DNA of 64,000 nt from the IMG/VR virus record IMGVR_UViG_3300031861_000001, positions 1 to 64,000 of that record. The stretch is one strand, 5' to 3'. A program made the translations under genes and the position numbers. Below the pieces are notes generated by a model. It was not told the origin of the DNA. It worked only from the letters and a program-made list of their open reading frames with translations, and did not search any database. The stretch comes from a virus. Its lineage: Duplodnaviria > Caudoviricetes. Positions 45,550 through 55,230 of this stretch are shown here, one piece after another (the stretch's first letter is position 1; every line of letters starts with the position of its first letter).

Positions 45550-46298
45550 AAATACTTATCATGAATTTTAAAATTAGAACAATCTCTCTTATGGTTACCT
45601 GTAAACATATCATAATCTAAACGTAAGTTGGTTGCCTTCATCCAGTCTTCTAAGAATATACGATTTCTGACGGGAAGTCTATTTGCCGTTGTTTCGCACA
45701 TATCATAGCTATGTTCTTGTGTTGTTTCCAGACCTACGATCCACAATCTCTTCTGTATCTCTATTATTTGTAATTTAAACTCCGTAATAGGTATTGAACT
45801 ATTATATTGTTTATGTTGCCAATTACCTATTTCAGATGAAAAAGCTGTATAAAAATAATACCTGTGAGTGTGATGATTAATCGGAGGCGACAATTTGTTT
45901 ATATTCTCTATACTGTAGAAAGCGTACTCGGCTTGCCTATCATTTCCTCGTTCTTTGCCCTTTAATGTGCGTAATTCAGGTTTAAATTTTACTAATACAT
46001 GTTTTACGTGAGAAATATCATGTGGTCGATATTTATTAATCACTCCATCATCTTCTACCCATATGTCAGCTAATTCATAATCACATGCGTTTATAATCCA
46101 ATTTTTATACGGCTCATTCCATGCTTTATCTATTAAAAAATCTGCATTATCTGGAACATTCATTCTGTTGCGATCTGATATATTCCAAGAATAATCAAAC
46201 AAATCTTTCTCGGAACGGTCGGTCCAATACATATAGCGTTCCACACCTATTCCTTTGGCCGCTATAGTAACACCGGGACCACTAACATAAATTTCCAT
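45546..46298 (-). CDS. hypothetical protein, tandem paralogue B
   Basis: Likely start MEIYVSGPG at 46298, matching paralogue A. Confidence 0.7.
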   Translation of the reverse strand: MEIYVSGPGVTIAAKGIGVERYMYWTDRSEKDLFDYSWNISDRNRMNVPDNADFLIDKAWNEPYKNWIINACDYELADIWVEDDGVINKYRPHDISHVKHVLVKFKPELRTLKGKERGNDRQAEYAFYSIENINKLSPPINHHTHRYYFYTAFSSEIGNWQHKQYNSSIPITEFKLQIIEIQKRLWIVGLETTQEHSYDMCETTANRLPVRNRIFLEDWMKATNLRLDYDMFTGNHKRDCSNFKIHDKYF

Positions 46299-46302
46299 AA
46301 AA

Positions 46303-47172
46303 TCATGTGCCCCATCTATTACCAAATAAATCTACATGTAATCTGGGCGAATATTTGAAGCCATGTTTCATTGCCATTTCAGCAACATTGAATTTTGTAT
46401 CTTCTAACATCTCAGCTGTGCCGCCGCATGGCATTAAATAAATATCTATATAAGATTCCCACCGACTGTAGGTAAGTTCTATTTGCTTAATTTCTTCAAT
46501 ATCCTGTTCATCTTGAACGACAAATTTTAAATACAAATGTGAATTTTGTACTTCTTTATATTGGTGCCAATTTTCAGGTTTAATTGCTTTAAAACCCAAT
46601 TCACCACTTATACTTAATTTTGGACTACATGACCATGTAATATGATGATCCATTAAACTATACTCATGTAACCATTTAAGAAATTTATCCGTTAAAGCAA
46701 ATGTACTATTTGTTTCAAATGTAATATTTTTAATATGTCTGAATGAAGGATGGTCTAATAAATCTGGTAATTGTTTTTGCCACATCATTGGCTCACCACC
46801 TGTAATTACCAAATGAATATCCTGTTTATTATCTTCATAATACCATTTTTTATCTGGACAAAGATCTATTAGTTTTTCTGCTAATATATCATGTTCTTCA
46901 AATGTTGATAGATGCATATATTCTTTTGCCCAACTTGCAGAACTATCACATCCTATTTTCATTACAGGTAATTCTTCAATACTCTTGTATTGACTGACAT
47001 CAAGATTTTTCCAAGGCATTTCATCTCGTGGAATTAATTGTCCTCTGGGTTGTCCAAATCCAGGACACTCAAAATTACATCCAAATAATCTTAAAAATAC
47101 ACTCGGTGTACCTACAAATCTTCCTTCGCCCTGAATGCTATAAAACATTTCAGAATATCTAAGTTTTGACAT
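46303..47172 (-). CDS. queE: 7-carboxy-7-deazaguanine synthase (radical SAM)
   Basis: SEMFYSIQGEG..VG.PSVFLRLFGCN..C...CDS, VITGGEP, FETN, CSPK and RLHV.LFG. Confidence 0.9.
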   Translation of the reverse strand: MSKLRYSEMFYSIQGEGRFVGTPSVFLRLFGCNFECPGFGQPRGQLIPRDEMPWKNLDVSQYKSIEELPVMKIGCDSSASWAKEYMHLSTFEEHDILAEKLIDLCPDKKWYYEDNKQDIHLVITGGEPMMWQKQLPDLLDHPSFRHIKNITFETNSTFALTDKFLKWLHEYSLMDHHITWSCSPKLSISGELGFKAIKPENWHQYKEVQNSHLYLKFVVQDEQDIEEIKQIELTYSRWESYIDIYLMPCGGTAEMLEDTKFNVAEMAMKHGFKYSPRLHVDLFGNRWGT

Positions 47173-47318
47173 TATCCTTTTTCTAACTCCTTAACTCGAT
47201 GTTTTAAAGTAGAAATAGTAGTATGAATATGTCCCATTTCCTGTGGTTCAAGTTTTGATTTCAAATGTTCTATTTCTGCTTTGAGTACTGCGATATACGT
47301 TTGTATTGCTTTATCCAT
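47172..47318 (-). CDS. small coiled-coil hypothetical protein (48 aa)
   Basis: Not in track. MDKAIQTYIAVLKAEIEHLKSKLEPQEMGHIHTTISTLKHRVKELEKG, TAATG-coupled to queE. Confidence 0.65.
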   Translation of the reverse strand: MDKAIQTYIAVLKAEIEHLKSKLEPQEMGHIHTTISTLKHRVKELEKG

Positions 47319-47329
47319 AAATTCCTGTT

Positions 47330-47860
47330 CTATTCATCTACTTCGAATAAGTCCTCACCCCATTCTCTGTGTCCTTCGCGCCAAGCCATGTTACTTTCTG
47401 TTTCACGTACTTCTATTCTATAACACCAAAGTCTTTCGGCTTCTCCAGGACCCCACATATCAGGAATGAATACTCCGTTTATATATTTGTATAACATAGA
47501 AGACATTCCTTCACATCCAAGTTTTGGCAATACAGTAAGTTTTGCAATACCTCGTTCTTGTAACTGTTTATAAAGATCCATTTCTGGTTCATCTTCTGCT
47601 ACTAATAATGTATGATCAAATTGCTCGTCTAAGAAACTTTTAAGCTCTCCTAAACCACCGTAATCTACAACCCAGTTTCTAACATCTAAATGATCTGTGC
47701 CGAAAAAGAATCTCATACTAAAACTATAACCATGAATAACATTACAATGACTATCAGCTAGGTATTGTCTATATGCGCAAGGAAACTTATCAACATATTC
47801 CTTTGTGCTATTATATTTGTATATTCTTGGTTCTCTATTCCCTAAAGTTACTGTACTCAT
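47330..47860 (-). CDS. queD: 6-carboxy-5,6,7,8-tetrahydropterin synthase
   Basis: AYRQ..ADSHC..IHGY...WVVDYG.L...FDHTLLV; start MSTVTLG at 47860 after a GAGGAGG RBS. Confidence 0.88.
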   Translation of the reverse strand: MSTVTLGNREPRIYKYNSTKEYVDKFPCAYRQYLADSHCNVIHGYSFSMRFFFGTDHLDVRNWVVDYGGLGELKSFLDEQFDHTLLVAEDEPEMDLYKQLQERGIAKLTVLPKLGCEGMSSMLYKYINGVFIPDMWGPGEAERLWCYRIEVRETESNMAWREGHREWGEDLFEVDE

Positions 47861-48008
47861 ATACTTCCTCCTCTTCATTCTCCTCATCAAAATTAATGTA
47901 ATTATTGGCTAATTCTTTACTAAATTGCCGTCGTTTTTTAGATTGTTTATCTAAAATATCTTTGCTAAGCTTTTCCTTAGTTTTTTGTTGCTTATATGAC
48001 TTTGCCAT
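47835..48008 (-). CDS. small charged hypothetical protein (57 aa)
   Basis: Not in track. MAKSYKQQKTKEKLSKDILDKQSKKRRQFSKELANNYINFDEENEEEEVYEYSNFRE; overlaps the def 3' end. Confidence 0.5.
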   Translation of the reverse strand: MAKSYKQQKTKEKLSKDILDKQSKKRRQFSKELANNYINFDEENEEEEVYEYSNFRE

Positions 48009-48520
48009 AATTCGGGGCTCTTAATTTTTAGTTGTTTAAGATTAGTCCTGCGTTTTTTTCTAGCACTTTGCAAATGCATAATTTTAGCTCTCTCATAAAA
48101 AATTCTTCCTTTCATATGATCCATCTCGTGTAAAAAAATACGCGCGGACAGATCTGAAAAATAACCTGTAAAATTCTCACCAGAAGCATTTTCCCATGAT
48201 GCTGATAAACTTTTCGGCCTTAATATTTTAACATATAATCCTGGATAACTCAAACATCCTTCTGTTTCATAAACTAATTCATCGGATACTTCTATTATTT
48301 CTGGATTAAATATCGCCATTGATTGGCCTTCATGATTCATTGAAAATACTTTATATTTGTATCCTATTTGATTTGCTGATAATCCCACACCATTATAGTG
48401 ATACATACCTTCAATCAATTCATCTTGAAGTTGACGAGCATCCATTGGAGGAGCCAGACGGCTAAATGGAATGGTTTCTTGAATAAGTAAATTATGTTCT
48501 TCTGGTACTAATTCTCTCAT
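47951..48520 (-). CDS. def: peptide deformylase
   Basis: GVGLSANQ, EGCLS and HEMDH motifs. Confidence 0.95.
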   Translation of the reverse strand: MRELVPEEHNLLIQETIPFSRLAPPMDARQLQDELIEGMYHYNGVGLSANQIGYKYKVFSMNHEGQSMAIFNPEIIEVSDELVYETEGCLSYPGLYVKILRPKSLSASWENASGENFTGYFSDLSARIFLHEMDHMKGRIFYERAKIMHLQSARKKRRTNLKQLKIKSPELWQSHISNKKLRKSLAKIF

Positions 48521-50229
48521 ACTATTATACTGAAATTTTTACGTTTTTCGAATTTCATATGAACTCTAAATTTATCATATAAAGTATCACCCTTATGAGA
48601 AATTACAAAAACATTTGTAGAGGTTCCCTGTTCATTCACAATTTTCATAAACTCATCTGTACCTTCACCATCTAAAGAACTATCAAATACTTCATCTAAA
48701 ATTAATAAATTTGTATTAACAGAATTTTTTAATTTAGCAACTGCTCTCCATGTAAATAATAATGCTAAATCAATACGCATCTTCTCTCCTTCACTGAAAG
48801 AATCATACGTAAAATCATCTCTATATCTTGACTTTATTTCTTCATTGAAGTTCTCGTCTAAATTAAAAGATACAAAGAAATTCATTTGAGTTAAATATTT
48901 GTTGATTAATTTATTCATAATCGGCAAATATTGTTTAACTATCCTTGCTTTAATACCCTCATCCTTCAAAATATTTTTAGCCGTAAGATGTAATTCATTT
49001 TCTTCTAAAAGCTCTTCTCTTTTTAAATCAATTTCTTTTAATTCTTTTTCAATTTCTTTTAATTGTTTCTTTTCTTCTTTTATATCACCTGTATCATTTT
49101 CCGTTGCTTTAATTTCTTTTTCAATCTTTTCAATATATTGATCAATTGCACTTACGCTATTATTGATTGATTGTGTTTTAGTCTGGTGAGATTGTATGTC
49201 TTCTTGAATTGATTGTATTGCAGAAAGTCTTGCTCTAACTGTCTCCAATTGTTTATCAATTTCTGAGACAGCATTCTCAAATTCTTCAATCTTTTTTTGT
49301 TTTTCTTTAATTTCTTTGTGTTTGAAAGCGTGGTCGATATTTTGCTTACACGTCGGACAGTCATCGTTTGACTCAAAGAAGGAGATACTCTTTTGTTCGG
49401 AATCAACATTTCGGAGGATTGAACGTTGGTATTCTGAAAGCTTATCATGTTTATCACTTACTTGGTTCGCGTCGTTTAATTGTTCTAATAATTCAGATAC
49501 TGTATCATTAATATCAGCCATCTCTTTCGATAAAGTTGTTTTTTGATCTAAATTATTTTTAATATCCTTTTCAAATCTTTTAACTAAGTTTTTTGTTTTG
49601 TTTTTTAATTGTATTATATAGTCTTCTTTTAAGTCTATTTTATTTTGGGCCAAATCTTTAGAATTCTTATTTGTGTCTAATTGTAATTTATTTTCAACCG
49701 TGTATGTTCTTAATATATTAGACATAGATGAAAAAACTTGAATATCTAAGAGATCCTCTATAATAGCTCTTCTATCTTGTGCTCTCAATTGCATGAAAGG
49801 AACAAATGAAGAATTGCCTAATATTATAATCTGTGTAAAAGATTTATAATTTAATTTTAAAATACTCTTTTCTAAATATTCTTGAAAATCCCTTATATTC
49901 GCATCTTGTTGTAATGGAACGTTATCAACCTTTATTTCAAATAAATTAGGTTTAATGCCTCTACGAACAAATATATGTTTTTTCCCAATCAAAAATTCTA
50001 TTTCAACAATACACGCCTTTTCGTTGATTGAATTTACTAATTGAGGTTTATTAATTTTACGAAATGGTTTCCCAAATAAACTGAATGTTACCGCATCCAG
50101 CATGGTACTTTTACCGGCACCGTTTTCACCTGTAATTAAGGTCGTTTGAGACCTGTCCAGTTGTATATCTGTAAACACATTGCCGCTACTTAAAAAGTTT
50201 TTGTAGCGAACGGTTTTAAATAAGATCAT
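48517..50229 (-). CDS. gp46: recombination endonuclease subunit gp46 (Rad50/SbcC-like)
   Basis: GENGAGKS, CPTC hook, FSEGEK and LILDEVFD. Confidence 0.97.
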   Translation of the reverse strand: MILFKTVRYKNFLSSGNVFTDIQLDRSQTTLITGENGAGKSTMLDAVTFSLFGKPFRKINKPQLVNSINEKACIVEIEFLIGKKHIFVRRGIKPNLFEIKVDNVPLQQDANIRDFQEYLEKSILKLNYKSFTQIIILGNSSFVPFMQLRAQDRRAIIEDLLDIQVFSSMSNILRTYTVENKLQLDTNKNSKDLAQNKIDLKEDYIIQLKNKTKNLVKRFEKDIKNNLDQKTTLSKEMADINDTVSELLEQLNDANQVSDKHDKLSEYQRSILRNVDSEQKSISFFESNDDCPTCKQNIDHAFKHKEIKEKQKKIEEFENAVSEIDKQLETVRARLSAIQSIQEDIQSHQTKTQSINNSVSAIDQYIEKIEKEIKATENDTGDIKEEKKQLKEIEKELKEIDLKREELLEENELHLTAKNILKDEGIKARIVKQYLPIMNKLINKYLTQMNFFVSFNLDENFNEEIKSRYRDDFTYDSFSEGEKMRIDLALLFTWRAVAKLKNSVNTNLLILDEVFDSSLDGEGTDEFMKIVNEQGTSTNVFVISHKGDTLYDKFRVHMKFEKRKNFSIIV

Positions 50230-50546
50230 TCAGTCTCAGCTAAAAATTGTGGTTTTAACTTATCACCATTTTCAAATTGATATTCGGCTTGTTTTAGCTG
50301 ATATTTAAGAGCTTTATTTACTAATTGATTAAATGTTATATCCTCTTCATGAGCCATTAACATTAAATCAAATAATTCTTTTTCAGGTAAATCTATTTCT
50401 ACAGATTCTTGTTTATCTTCTTTATTTTTGAGATCGGACTGGTCTTGTTGCATAAAAATTCTCTCGGCTTCTTTCAACGAACAATTATGTTCTCTAGCTA
50501 TTTCTGGTAAACGCTCACCATAAAACCAGGATGCGTTATCACTCAT
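50226..50546 (-). CDS. hypothetical protein
   Basis: 106 aa between gp47 and gp46; C-terminal ribbon-helix-like segment. Confidence 0.6.
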   Translation of the reverse strand: MSDNASWFYGERLPEIAREHNCSLKEAERIFMQQDQSDLKNKEDKQESVEIDLPEKELFDLMLMAHEEDITFNQLVNKALKYQLKQAEYQFENGDKLKPQFLAETE

Positions 50547-50547
50547 A

Positions 50548-51591
50548 TTATTCTAGGGTTAAGGATTCATTATACAGGTTTCTCATCAAAATGTCAAGTC
50601 TTTTTTTATTAACAGTTGTATCTAAACCTTCAATATATGTGGATAAAATTGTCATGGTATCTTGTGCTTCATCAACGATATCATCAGTGTCATCAAGTTC
50701 AGCAAATGCCTCAACCACACTAATATCACCAACTCCAGATTTATACATTTTATCCAAAACAAGATCAAAAAGAAACGGATTCGTTTTATTTTCAACAATA
50801 ATTTTTATATAACATTGTTGCCAATCATCAAAATCCATTTGATTGACTTCTTCAGGGGTCCATTCTAAATCATTATAATAAAATTTATGAAACATTTCAT
50901 AAGGATTTTGAATGAAAGTCAATTCTCTTGAATCATGATTAAAAATATGGAATCCACGAGGATCCTTATAATCCATCCAATTTGTCTGATAGGGATTACC
51001 TGTATAATAAATGGTTCCATTATCACTTTTATGATGAAAGTGTCCACTAAACACCATATCAAATTTTTCAAATAATTTACGATCTAATCCTTCTGTGCAG
51101 AATTGGCCTCTAATCATTTCGAAACCGCTGATTTCAAAATGACCAAATAATACTTGATGTTCTGTATTTTTTATTAAATTGATACTTTCTTCATAATTAT
51201 CATTACATACCCATGGCATCAAAACACAATTTTCCATTTCAATTGCATTTGTAAATACCTTAATATTATCATATTCCTTTAAAAGTAATTCAACTGAATT
51301 CACTTCATTTGTTGTCTTATAAAAGGTATCGTGATTACCTGCTAACATCCAACATTCAAGATTATTCTCTTTTAAGGGATCAAAGAAATATTTTTTAGCA
51401 TCATATAATGTTTTATAGTTGACAAACTTTCGTCTATCAAATACATCACCCATATGAATAACATGTGATATGTTATGTTCTTTTAAATAAGGGAAAAAAA
51501 TATCTTTATAAAACTTAGCAAAAAAATTACTAAAGGCTAAGCTATCGTTTCTGGCACCGAAATGAGTATCGGTAATAATAGCTGATATCAT
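50548..51591 (-). CDS. gp47: recombination endonuclease subunit gp47 (Mre11/SbcD-like)
   Basis: TDTHFG, GDVFD, GNHD and SGHFH. Confidence 0.97.
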   Translation of the reverse strand: MISAIITDTHFGARNDSLAFSNFFAKFYKDIFFPYLKEHNISHVIHMGDVFDRRKFVNYKTLYDAKKYFFDPLKENNLECWMLAGNHDTFYKTTNEVNSVELLLKEYDNIKVFTNAIEMENCVLMPWVCNDNYEESINLIKNTEHQVLFGHFEISGFEMIRGQFCTEGLDRKLFEKFDMVFSGHFHHKSDNGTIYYTGNPYQTNWMDYKDPRGFHIFNHDSRELTFIQNPYEMFHKFYYNDLEWTPEEVNQMDFDDWQQCYIKIIVENKTNPFLFDLVLDKMYKSGVGDISVVEAFAELDDTDDIVDEAQDTMTILSTYIEGLDTTVNKKRLDILMRNLYNESLTLE

Positions 51592-52172
51592 GTGGTTGGT
51601 TCAGCCTCTACCATATAGGGCATTAATGTATTAGCACCTTTACTAGGTTTTTTTGCCTTTTTTGCTTTTGCTTCTTCAAAGTCACCTACAAATTTATACA
51701 TATTTGCCTTTTGCTCTTCAGATAAAACTTCGTAATTAAACGCGCCATCTGAATCGTGTTCTGAAAGTACAACACTGTCCGATAACATACCATTGTTATG
51801 TATGGACTTGTATTTTATATATAATTGTTTCTTTTCTTTTTGAATACGTCTTATAAAGGCAAAATAAATGATTTGTGTAAAATATGAAAAGGGATTGGAT
51901 GATTTTTCCGGGTTAAAGTTATGGGCAGCTTGAACACAATTTTCAATGCCATCAGATATCATTTCATCTCTAAATGCATAATTAACAAAGTTTGGTCTTA
52001 AACTTAATCTTTCTGCTATCTTCATAAAACACTCTCCAATATAATCTGGTATAATTGGTACCAATTCTTCAGAATCCTTTTCCTTCACTTCCGCACAATA
52101 ATTTTTATAAGCAACCATTTCTAGATGGAACTTCTTATTATCTACATAATGTATTGATTTCTTTTTGGCCAT
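51588..52172 (-). CDS. gp55: late sigma factor gp55
   Basis: HYVDNK...NFVNY..RDEMISDGIENC...NPFSYFTQIIYFAFIRRIQKEKKQ. Confidence 0.97.
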   Translation of the reverse strand: MAKKKSIHYVDNKKFHLEMVAYKNYCAEVKEKDSEELVPIIPDYIGECFMKIAERLSLRPNFVNYAFRDEMISDGIENCVQAAHNFNPEKSSNPFSYFTQIIYFAFIRRIQKEKKQLYIKYKSIHNNGMLSDSVVLSEHDSDGAFNYEVLSEEQKANMYKFVGDFEEAKAKKAKKPSKGANTLMPYMVEAEPTT

Positions 52173-52175
52173 AAT

Positions 52176-52319
52176 TTATTTCCCTTGCCCCCTGTATCTT
52201 TTCCAGTTAGCTCTTTGAGATTTATTTTTAGGTGTACTCCGTCGAGATTTACCGATACTGGTTCTCTTTTTTCCACCTATTTTTTTACTAAAGGTTATAC
52301 CTTGTCTACTTCTTGCCAC
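52176..52319 (-). CDS. small basic protein (47 aa, GTG start)
   Basis: Not in track. MARSRQGITFSKKIGGKKRTSIGKSRRSTPKNKSQRANWKRYRGQGK; the KRYRGQG ending is typical of a small marine T4-like gene. Confidence 0.65.
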   Translation of the reverse strand: MARSRQGITFSKKIGGKKRTSIGKSRRSTPKNKSQRANWKRYRGQGK

Positions 52320-53676
52320 GTGCCTTTTTGCTTACTTTCTTTTTAGGTTTAATTTTAGGTTTAGCTTTTGTTAATGCTTCCTTGATAACTTTTTTCACTG
52401 GGGCCTTTTTAATAGGTGCTTCCTGTGAAAAGCTTCCGGATATTTCATCTTCCGCATTTTCTGCTTGTAATTCAACTTCTATCTTCTTTTTGATAGGTAA
52501 AATATTACTCAAATCTGCTTTTGTAGCTTTATTTGCATCTTTGATTAGTGCTTCTTTGTAAACAACAGCAGTATGTGAATTAAAAGAATCTACATCAGAT
52601 TCTAACTTTTGCATTTTTTCAAGATTATTATAATTAGTTACTTTCCAGTAAGCAATAGATTTTTGCATTGTACTTCTAGTAGATAAATCATCAATATCAA
52701 CATCTGCAATATGAGTTGGTTCAAACAATCTAATTGCTTTATTGTGAAATTGACAATGTTGTGCTGAATAATCTCTATGAAGAACCATGCTTCTTGGAGG
52801 AAAAATTGTAACTGTAGGAGTTCCAATATGTTGTGCTAAGTACGAAAAACCACCCCTTGATGATACTAACATTGTAGCTTTAGATATTTTTGTAAACAAT
52901 TGATTTGGTGTCATGGAATAAGTAAGATATTCTAAACTATAACCAGCTTTCTTTAAAGCTTTTTCTAAACTACTCCAATATGCGTTAACTTCCTTTTCAT
53001 CTTGTGATATCATTTTATCACCAATATTTGCAAAAGAATAATTGTCTATTAAATTCCAATCCCTAGGAGGTGAATATCTGTAAATAACAACATTCTTTTC
53101 TTTAGGAAGTGTCCACTGTAATTTTGTAGGAAACCACTCCATTTGCATTGAAAGAGGAACAAACCAATATTGTTCTAAATTAACAGGAACATATTTGCTC
53201 CACATTCTTCGATAATTTCTATCAGTATGTTTCATCAATGCCTTACCACGAAAAGCACTTTTATATGTTCTCAAAATATTCCCAAATGACCGACGAATTT
53301 TAACATACTGATATTCAATATTTGATTGCCACTGTTTATGAATCAAATATTCAATCTTATCAATTGTTGTTTCTTTATTATTAAAACCTTTTTTATAATG
53401 AGTATCGTCAACTAAAATTTTTATTTTAATAGGTCTTAATTCATTTAACCATAACCAATAATTTAAATTACAAGAAATATCACCGTATCCAAAATCAGTA
53501 ACACAATTAATCCATCTGGACAAATCTAAACCAATAGTATTTTTAAAAACAGAATCAATACTAGTTGTATGGATATATTCATGTTCTAGTTGATGATAAG
53601 GTGTCCACCTATTACTGGGTAATAAGATCTTATCATCATCGAACAATACTTCAATAGCTTTCTTTTTAATAGACAT
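52306..53676 (-). CDS. GT9-like protein with Lys/Ala/Pro-rich C-terminal tail
   Basis: ISKATMLVSSRGGFSYLAQHIGTPTVTIF resembles the GT9 C-terminal motif; the tail is APIKKAPVKK...KKARGKK. Confidence 0.5.
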   Translation of the reverse strand: MSIKKKAIEVLFDDDKILLPSNRWTPYHQLEHEYIHTTSIDSVFKNTIGLDLSRWINCVTDFGYGDISCNLNYWLWLNELRPIKIKILVDDTHYKKGFNNKETTIDKIEYLIHKQWQSNIEYQYVKIRRSFGNILRTYKSAFRGKALMKHTDRNYRRMWSKYVPVNLEQYWFVPLSMQMEWFPTKLQWTLPKEKNVVIYRYSPPRDWNLIDNYSFANIGDKMISQDEKEVNAYWSSLEKALKKAGYSLEYLTYSMTPNQLFTKISKATMLVSSRGGFSYLAQHIGTPTVTIFPPRSMVLHRDYSAQHCQFHNKAIRLFEPTHIADVDIDDLSTRSTMQKSIAYWKVTNYNNLEKMQKLESDVDSFNSHTAVVYKEALIKDANKATKADLSNILPIKKKIEVELQAENAEDEISGSFSQEAPIKKAPVKKVIKEALTKAKPKIKPKKKVSKKARGKK

Positions 53677-53705
53677 ATTATACCCTATTTCTGGAATAAA
53701 ATCAA
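53677..53705 (-). promoter_or_regulatory. sigma70 promoter (towards gp55/47/46)
   Basis: TTGATT-17 nt-TATAAT; the -10 box abuts the ATG at 53676. Confidence 0.7.
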
Positions 53706-53720
53706 GGGTTTATTTTTTCC

Positions 53721-53749
53721 TTGACATTTTATTAAAAATATATTATAAT
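53721..53749 (+). promoter_or_regulatory. consensus sigma70 promoter facing antisense into uvsW
   Basis: TTGACA-17 nt-TATAAT on the plus strand. Confidence 0.75.
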
Positions 53750-53781
53750 TAATATGTTGTCGCCACAGGGAATATATTATT

Positions 53782-55230
53782 CTAAAATCCAATGTGAAAC
53801 ATACGATATTTAAATTGTTGTTCATTATATTGTGAAATTCTTTCTTTAAAATGTTTAAGTGTATAATTGGTATACGACTTATAACATAAATCATCAGCAA
53901 TATCATATAATGTAGCTTCTTCCTTTTTACTTCCTTTTCTTAATCCTCTACCTATTGACTGTAAATTTCTTATTTTAGATTTACTAGGGCTAGCAAAAAT
54001 GATATTATGAAGATTCCTAATATTAATACCAGTGCTAAAGGTACCAAAGCTTGCGATAATGATAGCATCTTTTTCTGATTCAGTAATTCTTCTGACTTCT
54101 TCTCTTTCAGATCCATCTACTCCTCCATGAATGAAAAACACTCTTCTATTACTATTTACCTTTTCTAGTATTATATTATATAATATTTCTCCATGTTTTT
54201 CAACGAATTGATATAATAATAATGTATTTCCTTTTTGATCACATGCAAGGTTTCGAATAAAATTATTTCGTTTTGTATGATTAATGAGGAAGGCAATTTC
54301 ATCTTGATAACTAAATTTTTTAGCTTCTAACTTTTCCGCTTCACTATATCTTAATACTATACATTGTATTGAAAATTGAGCTAAGTATCCTGCATCAATT
54401 AAATCTTTAGTTTGTGTTACTTGATGAACAGGACCAAATAATCCTTCAAGAATTAATTTATGTGTTTGTGAATCGTCCAGGGTTCCTGTAGTTCCAAATT
54501 TCCAACGACAGTTTTTTAGCTTGCTCATTACTGAGGTCAAAGACTTTGCTTTAAATAAATGTGCTTCATCCCCAATCATAAAGCTAAACTCATTAAAATA
54601 ATTTTTTGGCAAATCATAGATAGATTGCCAAGTAGAAATTACGACTTGTTTATTAGTTTCTTTTTCTGCGCCGGCTGTGATTACATGGCAATGTTCGGAA
54701 ACATTCCAGTCGTCACTATATTCTTGAAAATCTGTATACATTTGTTGTGTTAGCGATACAGTTGGCACCACTATTAAACTCCTCGTATTAAAATACCGTA
54801 ATAACAAATATATAATAAAAGACTTACCAGACGCTGTAGGAGATAAAAGTAAACATCTATCCATATTAATACAGTGTCTAACAGCCTGTAATTGATAATC
54901 TCTCGGAGTTAAGTTTAAATTAAGACGTTCACAAAATCTAGTGCAATCAATATCACTAAAATTATTATTCCCGAGCGTAATGCTTTCATCAATTTGTAAC
55001 TCATAGTTCCCTGCTTCACAGAACTTTTTAACGTATTCATATAATCCATAGTACAGTTGTCTTTTTCTAACATCGAATAATCTTATTTTTCCATCCCAAA
55101 AACCATTTCTATAAGATGGAGTAAATTTTGCATTTGGAATTTCAAACGTAAAATAATCATTTAACTCTGCTGCTTGTGAAGCATCACAGTCAATGAATAT
55201 ATGAACATCATCTACTTTACGTACCCTCAT
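53782..55230 (-). CDS. uvsW: UvsW DNA helicase
   Basis: SPTASGKS, DEAH, GTTGT and QSIGRGLR. Confidence 0.96.
   Translation of the reverse strand: MRVRKVDDVHIFIDCDASQAAELNDYFTFEIPNAKFTPSYRNGFWDGKIRLFDVRKRQLYYGLYEYVKKFCEAGNYELQIDESITLGNNNFSDIDCTRFCERLNLNLTPRDYQLQAVRHCINMDRCLLLSPTASGKSFIIYLLLRYFNTRSLIVVPTVSLTQQMYTDFQEYSDDWNVSEHCHVITAGAEKETNKQVVISTWQSIYDLPKNYFNEFSFMIGDEAHLFKAKSLTSVMSKLKNCRWKFGTTGTLDDSQTHKLILEGLFGPVHQVTQTKDLIDAGYLAQFSIQCIVLRYSEAEKLEAKKFSYQDEIAFLINHTKRNNFIRNLACDQKGNTLLLYQFVEKHGEILYNIILEKVNSNRRVFFIHGGVDGSEREEVRRITESEKDAIIIASFGTFSTGINIRNLHNIIFASPSKSKIRNLQSIGRGLRKGSKKEEATLYDIADDLCYKSYTNYTLKHFKERISQYNEQQFKYRMFHIGF

Noticed and set aside
44830-46298. Template/variable repeat pair of a diversity-generating retroelement
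   Set aside because: Both copies are full ORFs, the differences I compared are largely synonymous and not adenine-restricted, and no reverse transcriptase is present. This is an ordinary tandem duplication.
53685-53906. 73 aa minus-strand ORF in the track
   Set aside because: It overlaps the uvsW 3' end and the promoter pair, and its composition is AT-rich and non-coding-like.
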